Origin: Candidatus Micrarchaeia archaeon
Lineage (GTDB): Archaea; Micrarchaeota; Micrarchaeia; Micrarchaeales; Micrarchaeaceae
Assembly: GCA_049966495.1 (NCBI GenBank)
Contig: JBMFUN010000001.1
Coordinates: 1-52,973, forward strand
Length of the DNA stretch: 52,973 nt
Reading direction: 5' to 3'
The position numbers were made by a program, and so were the translations under genes. Shown here piece by piece: positions 44,917 through 52,973 of the stretch. Positions within the stretch are counted from its first letter, which is position 1. Each line of letters starts with the position of its first letter. A model generated the notes under the pieces. The model worked only from the letters and a program-made list of their open reading frames with translations. It was not told the DNA's origin and searched no databases.

Positions 44917-45305
44917 TGGACCTTTACGCAGAAGAGATCATTTCGCACTATGAGCATCCACACAACAAAGGCAGAATAGAAAATCCCAGCGCCAAGATGC
45001 ACGAGCACAACGCACTGTGCGGCGACGACATCACCGTTTACTTAAAAATAAAGAATGACATTGTGGAAGATGCGAAATTTGATGGAATGGGATGCGCGAT
45101 AGACACTGCAAGCGCAAGCATGCTCACAGACTACATAAAAGGCAAGCATGTAGAAGAGGTTGAAAAAATAGGATTGGAAGATCTTCTTCACATAATAGGA
45201 ATCAATCCAGGCCCGGCAAGAATGCACTGCGCAACGCTTCCGCTCAAAGCGGTAAAAGAGGCGCTCTTTGTGTATAAGAGCAAGACTGCTCGGTCAAAAG
45301 CTTGA
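44913..45305 (+). CDS. sufU: SufU-type (IscU-like, zinc-dependent) sulfur-transfer protein
   Basis: The conserved CGD (ALCGDDI), GMGCAI and ARMHCATL motifs are in the SufU/IscU order, with an insertion between the second and third Cys. Confidence 0.85.
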   Translation: MMDLYAEEIISHYEHPHNKGRIENPSAKMHEHNALCGDDITVYLKIKNDIVEDAKFDGMGCAIDTASASMLTDYIKGKHVEEVEKIGLEDLLHIIGINPGPARMHCATLPLKAVKEALFVYKSKTARSKA

Positions 45306-45311
45306 GATAGA

Positions 45312-46013
45312 CTACTTTAGCACAATCTCTATGCGCTTGTTGTGCGAGCCCTTATTCTCGTATTTTAGCATTTCAATTTTGCCAACTTCGCTTGTATTTG
45401 CCACATGGGTGCCGCCATCAAGCTGGAAGTCAAACCCTTCTATATCAATAATGCGCACACTATCAAGTTTTTCAAGCAAATCTTCCCCTGGTTCCGTCCT
45501 TGCAAGGTTTGGTATCTTTGCCGCTTCCTCTTTGCTAAGAAACCTGACTGAAACCTTATGACCTTCATCAACAATCCTCTGAGCTTCGGCTATTATTTCC
45601 AATGCTTTGTTTCTGTCCAATCCAGGGACATCGAAGTCCATTCTTGCCCTGTCATCATATATCTGGCCGCCTGTTATCCTGCCTTGAAATTTCTTTTCTA
45701 CAACACCATCTATTATGTGCAATGCAGTGTGAAGGCGCATGTGCATATACCGCTTTTCCCAATCTATGGTACAATGCACCGCATCGCCAACTTTGAAGTC
45801 TGGCTGCACATCAAGAACATGAATAACATCATCGCCATCCTTCTTTGCTTCTACAACTTTGAATGCCCCGATTGATCCAGTATCACATGGCTGGCCCCCG
45901 CCTGTAGGATAGAATATAGTCTTGTCGAGCTTTACCTCAAGGCCTTCTATTGCAGTGATCTCTGCATCAAGCTCTTTTGCATATGAATCAGTTAAGAATA
46001 TCCTCTCTGTCAT
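45312..46013 (-). CDS. alaX: Alanyl-tRNA editing protein AlaX (AlaX-M-like)
   Basis: N-terminal beta-barrel region (FYPTGGGQPCDTG), HTALHII (HxxxH), and a tRNA_SAD-like C-terminus ...FQLDGGTHVANTSEVGKIEM. Confidence 0.82.
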   Translation of the reverse strand: MTERIFLTDSYAKELDAEITAIEGLEVKLDKTIFYPTGGGQPCDTGSIGAFKVVEAKKDGDDVIHVLDVQPDFKVGDAVHCTIDWEKRYMHMRLHTALHIIDGVVEKKFQGRITGGQIYDDRARMDFDVPGLDRNKALEIIAEAQRIVDEGHKVSVRFLSKEEAAKIPNLARTEPGEDLLEKLDSVRIIDIEGFDFQLDGGTHVANTSEVGKIEMLKYENKGSHNKRIEIVLK

Positions 46014-46150
46014 GTTAACACCAAACCATCGAATCAGACGACTCTCTTTTCATCACTTCTCAGAAATACCTCGTCTCATCACATTATTCCTTATCAGTTA
46101 AATTTATTATTACTATTCATTTTGGCGATCAATTCCAATAATAAAAATCT

Positions 46151-46996
46151 TTATGCTACAAGTGCATATGCGCATAAAACCATCACTATGCCAAGGATTA
46201 CTTTTTTCAATATTCCATCTTCCTTGAAAAGGATCCCACCGCCAATTACTATAATAAGCACGTTTATCGTGTTCCTAAGCGGCATCGCCAGGCTAACGGC
46301 AGCTGTATAAAGTGAAAAGTAAAATGTTAACCTGTAAAGTATTGCCAACACCACTAAAGAGGCAATAGGTACTATATGCTCTTTCGTGTTTGAAATAACT
46401 TCTCTCACACCACCGAACTTTATCGAGATATATGCAATCATGTTGATTGCGATAAATATCTCTGATACTATCAAAAAGGTGAATGCATTTATGCTTCCAA
46501 GCATGTATTTTGCCACTGTAAAGCCTATTCCAGAAAGGAATGTGATGAGGAAAAGCATTGTTATGTATTTGCGTGGAGGTTCGTCGTGCCTTTTTAATAT
46601 CAGATATGTAGATACTATAAGCACGGAAATGCTGGTGTATTGCACTACTGTGAGCCTCTCGCCAAGAAATGCCAATGCAAGTATTGCTACAAAAAGCATC
46701 GGCATTGAGCTCAGTATAGGCGTTGCAACTGAAACGCTTGAATGCTTGTAGACCTTTGCAGTGAGCAGATAGGTGGATGTAGATATCACGCTTAGAACAT
46801 ATAATATCGCAATATTCCTTATGCTTATGTGGAAATTGGCAAAAGGTATGAATACCAGCGATGCTATTGCAATGAGTGTTGTAAAGCTAGCGCTATACGC
46901 CGTTGGGTGCTCTGTCTTTAATGCCCTTTTTTCTATGAGCGTGGAGAAGCCCATGAATAAAGAGGATAGCAATGCCAGATAATACCAAGCAATCAT
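46151..46996 (-). CDS. EamA/DMT-family transporter
   Basis: Track ORF 46151..47089, trimmed to Met32 (MIAWYYLALL...) because the upstream 31 codons are the antisense read-through of tRNA-Gln. About 10 TM helices. Confidence 0.7.
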   Translation of the reverse strand: MIAWYYLALLSSLFMGFSTLIEKRALKTEHPTAYSASFTTLIAIASLVFIPFANFHISIRNIAILYVLSVISTSTYLLTAKVYKHSSVSVATPILSSMPMLFVAILALAFLGERLTVVQYTSISVLIVSTYLILKRHDEPPRKYITMLFLITFLSGIGFTVAKYMLGSINAFTFLIVSEIFIAINMIAYISIKFGGVREVISNTKEHIVPIASLVVLAILYRLTFYFSLYTAAVSLAMPLRNTINVLIIVIGGGILFKEDGILKKVILGIVMVLCAYALVA

Positions 46997-47009
46997 TATT
47001 GCACCAGTA

Positions 47010-47082
47010 TAGCCCCGACCGGATTCGAACCGATGTAGCAGGCTCCAAAGGCCTGCGTCCTTGGCCGCTAGACGACGGGGCT
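47010..47082 (-). tRNA. tRNA-Gln (anticodon UUG), no intron
   Basis: Minus strand. Acceptor AGCCCCG/CGGGGCU (A1-U72). Anticodon arm CAGGC-CUUUGGA-GCCUG. T-arm AUCGG-UUCGAAU-CCGGU. Discriminator A. 73 nt. Confidence 0.88.
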
Positions 47083-47109
47083 TCTGCATATTAGAAATAG
47101 CGAAACATG

Positions 47110-47116
47110 TTTATAT
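47110..47116 (-). promoter_or_regulatory. TATA-like element (ATATAAA on the minus strand) about 30 nt upstream of tRNA-Gln
   Basis: Lies in the 53-nt spacer between the proS stop and the tRNA 5' end. Sequence pattern only. Confidence 0.3.
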
Positions 47117-47135
47117 GCTTTTCGAGAATGCCAAA

Positions 47136-48596
47136 TTAATATGATCTTGCGAAATTCACTATGGCGTGGGCATCCTTGCCACAGTATATACATTTCTTGC
47201 CTTTTGCCTCTTCTTGCACTTTGAAAGGCATGTTTGTGGCCTTTGCACCTGTTTCTTCCTTTATCTTGTCCTCGCACTCCATGCTGCCACACCATGGAGC
47301 TTGTGCAAAGTTGCCCGACTGAACTGCCTTTTTCAGCTCCTCCATGGTGCTTACCTTTTTAATATGCTCTTGCATAAACTTCTCAGCGCGTTCGTACATG
47401 CTTTCATGTATTGACTCAAGAAGCTTCTCTATGCCTGCTTCGGCTTTTTCAAAACTGAGCCGTGACTTTTCCAAAGTGTCCCTTCTTACAACTGTTATGA
47501 ATCCTTCTTTGGCCTCTTTCCCGCCTATTTCTATCCTTACAGGCACACCTTTCAATTCCCATTCGTTGAACTTCCATCCTGGAGAATATGCTTCATTGTC
47601 ATCTATATATGCCCTTATCTTTTTGCCTATCTTCTCTTTCAGCTCGTTGCATTTTGCAATAACCTCCTCTCTGTTCGAGTTGTTGTATATAGGTATTATG
47701 ACAGCTTGTATGAGCGCAAGCTTTGGAGGTATTACAAGCCCTTTGTTGTCTCCATGAACTGCTATCATGACACCCAGCTCCCTTGTTGATATCGCAAATG
47801 TGTTCTGGTAGGCAAACTTCACATTACCATCTTTGTCTAGGAACTTTATGCCAAATGCCTTTGCGAAATTCTGCCCATCGTTGTGGAAATCAGGCCCCTG
47901 TATTGCCCACCCGTCTGGCATCATATGCTCTATGCTGTAGCTAGCTTCTGCGCCAGCAAACTTCTCCTTGTCTGTCTTCTTTCCAGGTATTCCAGGCAGA
48001 GCAAGATACTCCTTGAGAATCTTTGCATAAATGCCCAGTATTACATCTCTCTCTGCTTCTGCATCCTCCCTTGTGGCAAAAACCGTATGCCCTTCATTCC
48101 ATAGGAATTCCCTCGAGCGCAGAAATGGCGTCGGGTGCTTGAATTCCCACCTCACAACGCTGTTCCACTGGTTGTAGCGCATTGGGAGGTCGCGCCATGA
48201 GCGTATCCACTTTGCAAAGCTCGGGTACATTATTGTTTCTGAAGTGGGCCTTACCGCAAGCCTTTCATCAAGCTTCGACTTGCCTGCATGCGTAACCCAT
48301 GCTACTTCTGGCGAAAAGCCCTCTACATGCTCCTTTTCTTTTTCTAGAAAGCGCTCTGGTATGAAAAGCGGAAAGTATACATCAAGTATGCCACTTTTTT
48401 TGAAAAGCTCTGACGTTGCGCTGCGTATTGTATCCCAGGCAAAATACGCCATAGGCCTGAACACTATCATTCCTGAAACAGCACTGTAATCGGCAAATTC
48501 GGAATTTATGATTACCTGCTGGTACCAGTCAGAAAAGTTTTCCTCTTTTTTTGCAGTAAGCATCATCTTCTCTACATTTCCATTTTCTTTAGCCAT
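47136..48596 (-). CDS. proS: Prolyl-tRNA synthetase (archaeal/eukaryotic type)
   Basis: Class II motifs (FRPMAYFAW, RSREFLWNEGHT, GWAIQGPDFH...), an anticodon-binding domain, and a C-terminal zinc-binding-type domain (WCGSMECEDKIKEETG...CIYCGK) ending in Tyr. Confidence 0.93.
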   Translation of the reverse strand: MAKENGNVEKMMLTAKKEENFSDWYQQVIINSEFADYSAVSGMIVFRPMAYFAWDTIRSATSELFKKSGILDVYFPLFIPERFLEKEKEHVEGFSPEVAWVTHAGKSKLDERLAVRPTSETIMYPSFAKWIRSWRDLPMRYNQWNSVVRWEFKHPTPFLRSREFLWNEGHTVFATREDAEAERDVILGIYAKILKEYLALPGIPGKKTDKEKFAGAEASYSIEHMMPDGWAIQGPDFHNDGQNFAKAFGIKFLDKDGNVKFAYQNTFAISTRELGVMIAVHGDNKGLVIPPKLALIQAVIIPIYNNSNREEVIAKCNELKEKIGKKIRAYIDDNEAYSPGWKFNEWELKGVPVRIEIGGKEAKEGFITVVRRDTLEKSRLSFEKAEAGIEKLLESIHESMYERAEKFMQEHIKKVSTMEELKKAVQSGNFAQAPWCGSMECEDKIKEETGAKATNMPFKVQEEAKGKKCIYCGKDAHAIVNFARSY

Positions 48597-49442
48597 TCAA
48601 ATACCCTGCTTCTCTAGCAAAGACCTCAGTATTATTTTAACATGACCCGCTTCGCGAAGCCTTCTATATGAATATGCAACCCACTCCTTCCCGAAGGGCA
48701 CGTACATTGCAACGCTTTCCTTCTGCGCAAGCTCCAATGCAAGCCTGTTTCTTATTCCGTTGAGCATTGCGAAAGTGACATTCCTCCTGTATCTTTTGTT
48801 TAGCTTTATTCCAAGCTCTATCATCCTGGTATCGTGCGTTGCAACCATGAATGTGCGCGAATTCAAGAATATATACTTCATAAGCTTAATAAAATTATTG
48901 TCTACTTCGCTTTTGCTCTGGTATTGGATTTTCTCACTGCCTGTATAAGCGCCCTTGACAAGCCTTATTATCCCTTTTCTTTCCAATATATTCCTTACAT
49001 CTTCTGCGCTTCTCTTCATGTTCGCCTGTATGCATATGCCAGAGCTTGGCGAAATGTGTCGCATGTAGGCTTTTATTGTATCATCTATGTAGACATGCTC
49101 CTCCATGTCAAGCCATGTGAATATGCCACTGCTTGCTGCTTTTGACAATATCCTTGCATAATTGCTTTCAAAAAGGCCATAGCTTATTGAAAGGCCTAGC
49201 TGCGTCGGCTTCAGGGATATGCTTGCGTTTACCTTGCCCAGCTTTATCGCATCTATGAGCTTCAAATATACCGCCACAGCATTGCTTACTTTCTGCCTCT
49301 CGGTATAGCTCTCGCCCAAATAGTTCAGGATTGTCGCTATGTTTCTCAAATTGAATATTTTGCTTCTCTCTATCGCATCGCTTATCGAAGGCCCTGCGAT
49401 CCATCTTCTGGCAATGAGCTTTTCCCATATCCCGGCCATCAT
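48597..49442 (-). CDS. Proline dehydrogenase (monofunctional PutA-like)
   Basis: The N-terminus ...RRWIAGPSISDAIE and the C-terminal MYVPFGKEWVAYSYRRLRE match the PRODH family signature (YxPYG..W..Y..RRL.E). Confidence 0.8.
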   Translation of the reverse strand: MMAGIWEKLIARRWIAGPSISDAIERSKIFNLRNIATILNYLGESYTERQKVSNAVAVYLKLIDAIKLGKVNASISLKPTQLGLSISYGLFESNYARILSKAASSGIFTWLDMEEHVYIDDTIKAYMRHISPSSGICIQANMKRSAEDVRNILERKGIIRLVKGAYTGSEKIQYQSKSEVDNNFIKLMKYIFLNSRTFMVATHDTRMIELGIKLNKRYRRNVTFAMLNGIRNRLALELAQKESVAMYVPFGKEWVAYSYRRLREAGHVKIILRSLLEKQGI

Positions 49443-50029
49443 AACACGCCATCCTCTATAAGCTCCTTGACAAGCTTGTCATATGATTCAAACCTTATGG
49501 ATTTTATACCTACTTGCCTGGCACCCTCTACGTTCCTTTCCAAGTTGTCTATGAATATGGCCTCATTGGGCTTTGCATGCATTTTTTTGAGCACATATTT
49601 GTATAATCTCGTAGAGGGCTTTGCCATTCCGATATAGCAAGATGCAAAAACCTTGAAGTCAAGTTTGTCCAAAAGCATGCGCTTCATCTGCCTGTATCTG
49701 ACAAAGCATACATTAGTAAGAAGTACAACCTTGTACCTCTTCGAGAGCTTTGTTGCAATGCTTATCGTGTTTTGATCAAGCTTGGCAAGATTCCAAAAAG
49801 ACTGCCTGAACTCAAGCTTTGATACAGGAACATGGAACTTTGATGAAAGGATTCTCTCCATGCGCTTTGATGGAAGTCTTCCAACCTCTGCTTTCTTCAG
49901 CAATGCCCTCAGCGTTTTGAGGAAATCTTTCTCATTTATGCCTAGCTTATGCGTTATATAGGCAGAGTACTCCTCCTCTGAAAAGTCTAAAAGCACTCCT
50001 CCGACATCAAATATTATTAGCTTGACCAT
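49439..50029 (-). CDS. HAD-superfamily hydrolase
   Basis: Motif I IIFDVGGVLL and motif IV FIDNLERNVEGA. 4-nt ATGA overlap with the downstream PRODH gene. Confidence 0.75.
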   Translation of the reverse strand: MVKLIIFDVGGVLLDFSEEEYSAYITHKLGINEKDFLKTLRALLKKAEVGRLPSKRMERILSSKFHVPVSKLEFRQSFWNLAKLDQNTISIATKLSKRYKVVLLTNVCFVRYRQMKRMLLDKLDFKVFASCYIGMAKPSTRLYKYVLKKMHAKPNEAIFIDNLERNVEGARQVGIKSIRFESYDKLVKELIEDGVL

Positions 50030-50077
50030 AAGATCTCTCTTTGCGGGTTTCTTGGCTGCGATATTATAGTTAGCTAA

Positions 50078-51016
50078 ATGGCTTTAATAAATTTACTGCT
50101 TTTAATTTATTGTGGGTGCTTGGAAACAATTGTCATAGGTCTTGGAGGAAACGCACTGCTTAGCCCAAGAGGCAAGCAGAGCTTTGGCAAAGAATTAGGT
50201 AGTGCAAAGGGCACTGCAAGGGCAATCGCCAGGCTATCAAAAGAATACAGGATCGTGCTGACCCATGGCAATGGCACGCAGGTTGGGGACGAGCTGCTTA
50301 AGAACATGGGCAGCATAGAACCCCTGCCCCTATACCTGCTCAACGCAGAAACCCAAGCATCGATAGGCTCCGTGCTGGAAACTGCGCTAAACAGCGAGAA
50401 GCCTGCGCGACCTTTCTGCACGATCATCACGCACGTTTTTGTTGATAAGCATGATCCTGCCTTTTCCAATCCGACAAAGCCGATAGGCCCTTTCTACACA
50501 AAGGCGCAGCTTAAGAAGGTGCTGAAACACGAGAAATTCTCCTATATTGAAGAAAGGAAGATGTTCAGGAGGGTTGTGCCCTCCCCAATGCCGCGCGGAA
50601 TCCTAGAAATAAAGCAGATAATGCATCTGCTCAAGAGGTTCAATGTCATATGCGGCGGCGGAGGCGGCGTTCCTGTATACAGAGAGCATTCTTCATACAT
50701 GGGTGCAAACGCGGTTATAGACAAGGATTATGCTACCCAGCTCATAGCGAACATTATAGGAGCCAAGAGAATGATTATACTTACAAACACAGATTATGTA
50801 TACAGGAACTTTGAAGACAAGAGCACATTTATAAGGAAAGCAAAGAAAGATTATATGAAAAATATTCTAGGAAATCTTGAAGAAGGCACGATAAAGCCAA
50901 AGGTTGATGCTTGCATAAAATTCATCGAGAACGGAGGCAGGATTGCACAGATAGGAAGCATAAATAAAATAAATGAGGTAATTGCAAAGAAAAGCGGCAC
51001 TATAATAACGTGGTGA
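50078..51016 (+). CDS. arcC: Carbamate kinase
   Basis: IVIGLGGNALL, THGNGTQVG, CGGGGGVPV, and the C-terminal IGS...I..G.GT.I pattern. The true start may be the TTG at 50120, because 14 hydrophobic residues precede the conserved N-terminus. Confidence 0.88.
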   Translation: MALINLLLLIYCGCLETIVIGLGGNALLSPRGKQSFGKELGSAKGTARAIARLSKEYRIVLTHGNGTQVGDELLKNMGSIEPLPLYLLNAETQASIGSVLETALNSEKPARPFCTIITHVFVDKHDPAFSNPTKPIGPFYTKAQLKKVLKHEKFSYIEERKMFRRVVPSPMPRGILEIKQIMHLLKRFNVICGGGGGVPVYREHSSYMGANAVIDKDYATQLIANIIGAKRMIILTNTDYVYRNFEDKSTFIRKAKKDYMKNILGNLEEGTIKPKVDACIKFIENGGRIAQIGSINKINEVIAKKSGTIITW

Positions 51017-51657
51017 TTGTTTTGATAAAGGCGATCGTGTTTGACCTTGACGGCACGCTTGTCGACACTATGGACTTGTGGGTTAGGGTTTGGGGTGAAA
51101 CGCTCAGAAGGTTTGGGATACAGATATCTGATGATCGCGTCAGACCACTCATAGGCCTGTCTCCAAAAGGCATCATAGAAGGCGCCACACACAAGGAATG
51201 CAGCCCTGAAAATGAAAAAATGATGGTGGAATACAGAACGAAGCTTCTTTGGGAACTTGCGTATATGGCGAAGCCTTTCGCAGACGCAGAGCCTGCACTC
51301 AAAAGCCTTAAGAGCAGAGGCATAAAGATTGCGGTGGCGAGCTCATCGCCTGACAATTGGATAAAAGAGATGCTTGATATGGCGGGAATAATCAGCTACA
51401 TAGACAGCTACGTGAGTGCAACAAAGGTGGAGAAGCCAAAGCCCGCGCCTGATGTCTTCATAGAAGCCTTTAGGTCAATAAGCTATAAGCCTAGCGAAGG
51501 CATGGTGGTCGGCGATAGGGAGAGCGACACACTGCCTGGAATGAGCATAGGGGCGGTATCTGTGCTGATAGATAGAATGCAGGAATTCAAAAATCCAAAA
51601 GCAGATTTTGTCATTCGCAGCATGGGCGAGCTTGAAGAGTTGATAAACAAATTATAG
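51010..51657 (+). CDS. HAD-superfamily phosphatase (beta-phosphoglucomutase/PGPase-like subfamily IA)
   Basis: IVFDLDGTLVDT (motif I), VASSS (motif II), KPAPDVF, VGDRESD (motif IV). Non-ATG start overlapping the arcC stop. Confidence 0.8.
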   Translation: MVIVLIKAIVFDLDGTLVDTMDLWVRVWGETLRRFGIQISDDRVRPLIGLSPKGIIEGATHKECSPENEKMMVEYRTKLLWELAYMAKPFADAEPALKSLKSRGIKIAVASSSPDNWIKEMLDMAGIISYIDSYVSATKVEKPKPAPDVFIEAFRSISYKPSEGMVVGDRESDTLPGMSIGAVSVLIDRMQEFKNPKADFVIRSMGELEELINKL

Positions 51658-51665
51658 AATTATAG

Positions 51666-52712
51666 CTATCTCGAATATGTGGAGTTGAGCAAACCATCTA
51701 TGCTGCTTCTTGCCCCATTCATTACAACATTGTGAACGCTTGTCTGGAAGCTGGTCGAGCCGAAGGCGCTTAACAGCTCATTTGGCTTGCTATGGACCGC
51801 TATCGCCATTCCGCCTCCACCGCCACCGCTGAGCTTTGCCCCGTATGCACCGTGCTTCCTTGCATGCTCCACCGCTTCGTTCAGGCCTTTGCTTGACACT
51901 CCGAGCTTGTCGAGAAGCTCGTGGTTTTTGAACATCAGAGAGCCGGCAACTGCAATATCGCCTTTTTGCAGCGCTTCCAATCCTTTTGTGGAGCATTCCT
52001 CTATCATGTCAAATATCCTTTCCACATATTCTTTGCTATTATTGTAAAGCTCGGCGACATGGCCCACTGTCTCAGCAGTGCTTTTTTTCGGGCCGGTGTC
52101 TATGAATACAATGCTGATGCTTGAATTTATGGGCTCCTTGCGCACACCTCTCATGCTGCTATAGCTAACATAGCCGCCGTAGAATGATGTACTTACATCT
52201 ATCTTGCCCGCGCCTTCGCTCCTGTGAAGTATTCTGTCGCCATCCCTTGCTATCTCTATAATTTCCCCTTCTGGCAATGAAACACCCTCGTGCTTCAGCA
52301 GCGCAACAGTGAAAGCAGTTGAGCAGGCGGCGCTGCTCGCAAAGCCTTTCTTCATCGGTATTTCCGAGCTTATCACAACGCGCTTCCCAAGCACATTTAT
52401 ACCATAGCCGAACATAAGCCTTCCTGCTATGGTGCAATAAGGCAGCATGTGCTCGCTTATGCTATTGTGCAATGAGCAGAATTCCTTTATATCGTTCCTG
52501 AAGGCATAGCCGTAGAATAGCTCTTTAAGCTGCTCCTTTGAAAAGCTCTCCCTTATGCCCATCTGGGAAAGCACTATCTCAAGGGCATTGCCTTCTGAAT
52601 CTGTTATTTCGGCATTGGCAAAGACGTCAAGTGCCGCAGCAACAGAAAGCCTTCCATATACAACTGCATGCTCGCCAAAAAGCTTTGCAACAGCAGGAGC
52701 TTTTACGATCAT
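51666..52712 (-). CDS. mvk: Mevalonate kinase (GHMP kinase family)
   Basis: N-terminal APAVAKLFGEHAVVYG, GHMP motif II IPMKKGFASSAACSTA, motif III KLSGGGGGGMAIAV. Confidence 0.85.
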   Translation of the reverse strand: MIVKAPAVAKLFGEHAVVYGRLSVAAALDVFANAEITDSEGNALEIVLSQMGIRESFSKEQLKELFYGYAFRNDIKEFCSLHNSISEHMLPYCTIAGRLMFGYGINVLGKRVVISSEIPMKKGFASSAACSTAFTVALLKHEGVSLPEGEIIEIARDGDRILHRSEGAGKIDVSTSFYGGYVSYSSMRGVRKEPINSSISIVFIDTGPKKSTAETVGHVAELYNNSKEYVERIFDMIEECSTKGLEALQKGDIAVAGSLMFKNHELLDKLGVSSKGLNEAVEHARKHGAYGAKLSGGGGGGMAIAVHSKPNELLSAFGSTSFQTSVHNVVMNGARSSIDGLLNSTYSR

Positions 52713-52973
52713 CCAATCATTTATAAGATGTCAAAACTAATATTTAGCATTTTCCATACCATGGCGTTGTCCAATAACTTCCAGCTAGGGAACTAATATT
52801 TATATTGTTTGTTCCTAAATGGGAACGAACATTGAAAAACCGAGCTAACATCTCTAAAGAGTATTGGATTTCCGCTCACTCCTTAATCTCCCAATCTTAT
52901 CGTTAACATTGCAACGACAATCCTTTGCAATGGATGGCTTTTATTTGATCTTGCCTGTGCTCTTCAGGTAGCT

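Noticed and set aside
46997-47089. 31-codon N-terminal extension of the EamA transporter ORF
   Set aside because: The extension is simply the antisense translation through tRNA-Gln (47010..47082). Met32 starts a typical first TM helix.
52713-52973. 260-nt terminal region with GGGAAC/GTTCC repeats and a possible 10-codon 3' end of a minus-strand gene (stop at 52941-52943)
   Set aside because: There is too little sequence to call a CDS. The repeats are short and imperfect. No tRNA or other RNA fold could be drawn by hand.
1-52973. Scan for CRISPR arrays, IS elements or integrases, rRNA, and known defence or toxin genes
   Set aside because: I saw no regularly spaced direct repeats, no transposase, integrase or recombinase motifs, no rRNA-like conserved stretches, and no recognisable defence-system signatures. 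The window looks like core chromosome rather than an accessory island.

Overview
This is an archaeal chromosomal window with very high gene density: about 60 CDS and 3 tRNAs, short spacers, and many 1-15 nt gene overlaps. I found no rRNA, CRISPR array, transposase/integrase or recognisable defence gene.

The archaeal assignment rests on aEF-2, r-proteins L7Ae/S28e/L24e/L30e/S7/S12, RpoK, SRP54, a TBP-fold protein, a DRG GTPase, SMC, and isoprenoid-lipid genes (two geranylgeranyl-reductase paralogs, GGPP synthase, mevalonate kinase).

Other content:
- nuoHIJKLMN, with no nuoABCD next to it
- sufB-D-C-S-U
- proline dehydrogenase abutting prolyl-tRNA synthetase, and a P5C-dehydrogenase-type ALDH about 9 kb away
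- carbamate kinase; HAD, HD and TatD hydrolases
- two EamA transporters, signal peptidase I, an M50 protease, AlaX

By inference only, the non-canonical tRNA introns, minimal or split proteins, and tRNAs packed against ORFs suggest a small-genome DPANN-type archaeon (Micrarchaeota/ARMAN-like).

Most noteworthy observations:
1. A 104-aa protein made of a single TBP repeat.
2. tRNA-Leu(UAA) with a 29-nt insertion in the D-arm and tRNA-Arg(UCU) with a 14-nt insertion in the T-loop.
3. A free-standing ThrRS-type editing domain placed right after EF-2.
4. A k-turn-like hairpin just upstream of the L7Ae start codon.
5. A small basic protein with two internal repeats, sitting behind the only long non-coding gap.
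6. A DUF929-like CxxC protein coupled to a Cys-motif membrane protein.

All product calls come from motif recognition by eye. No searches were run.
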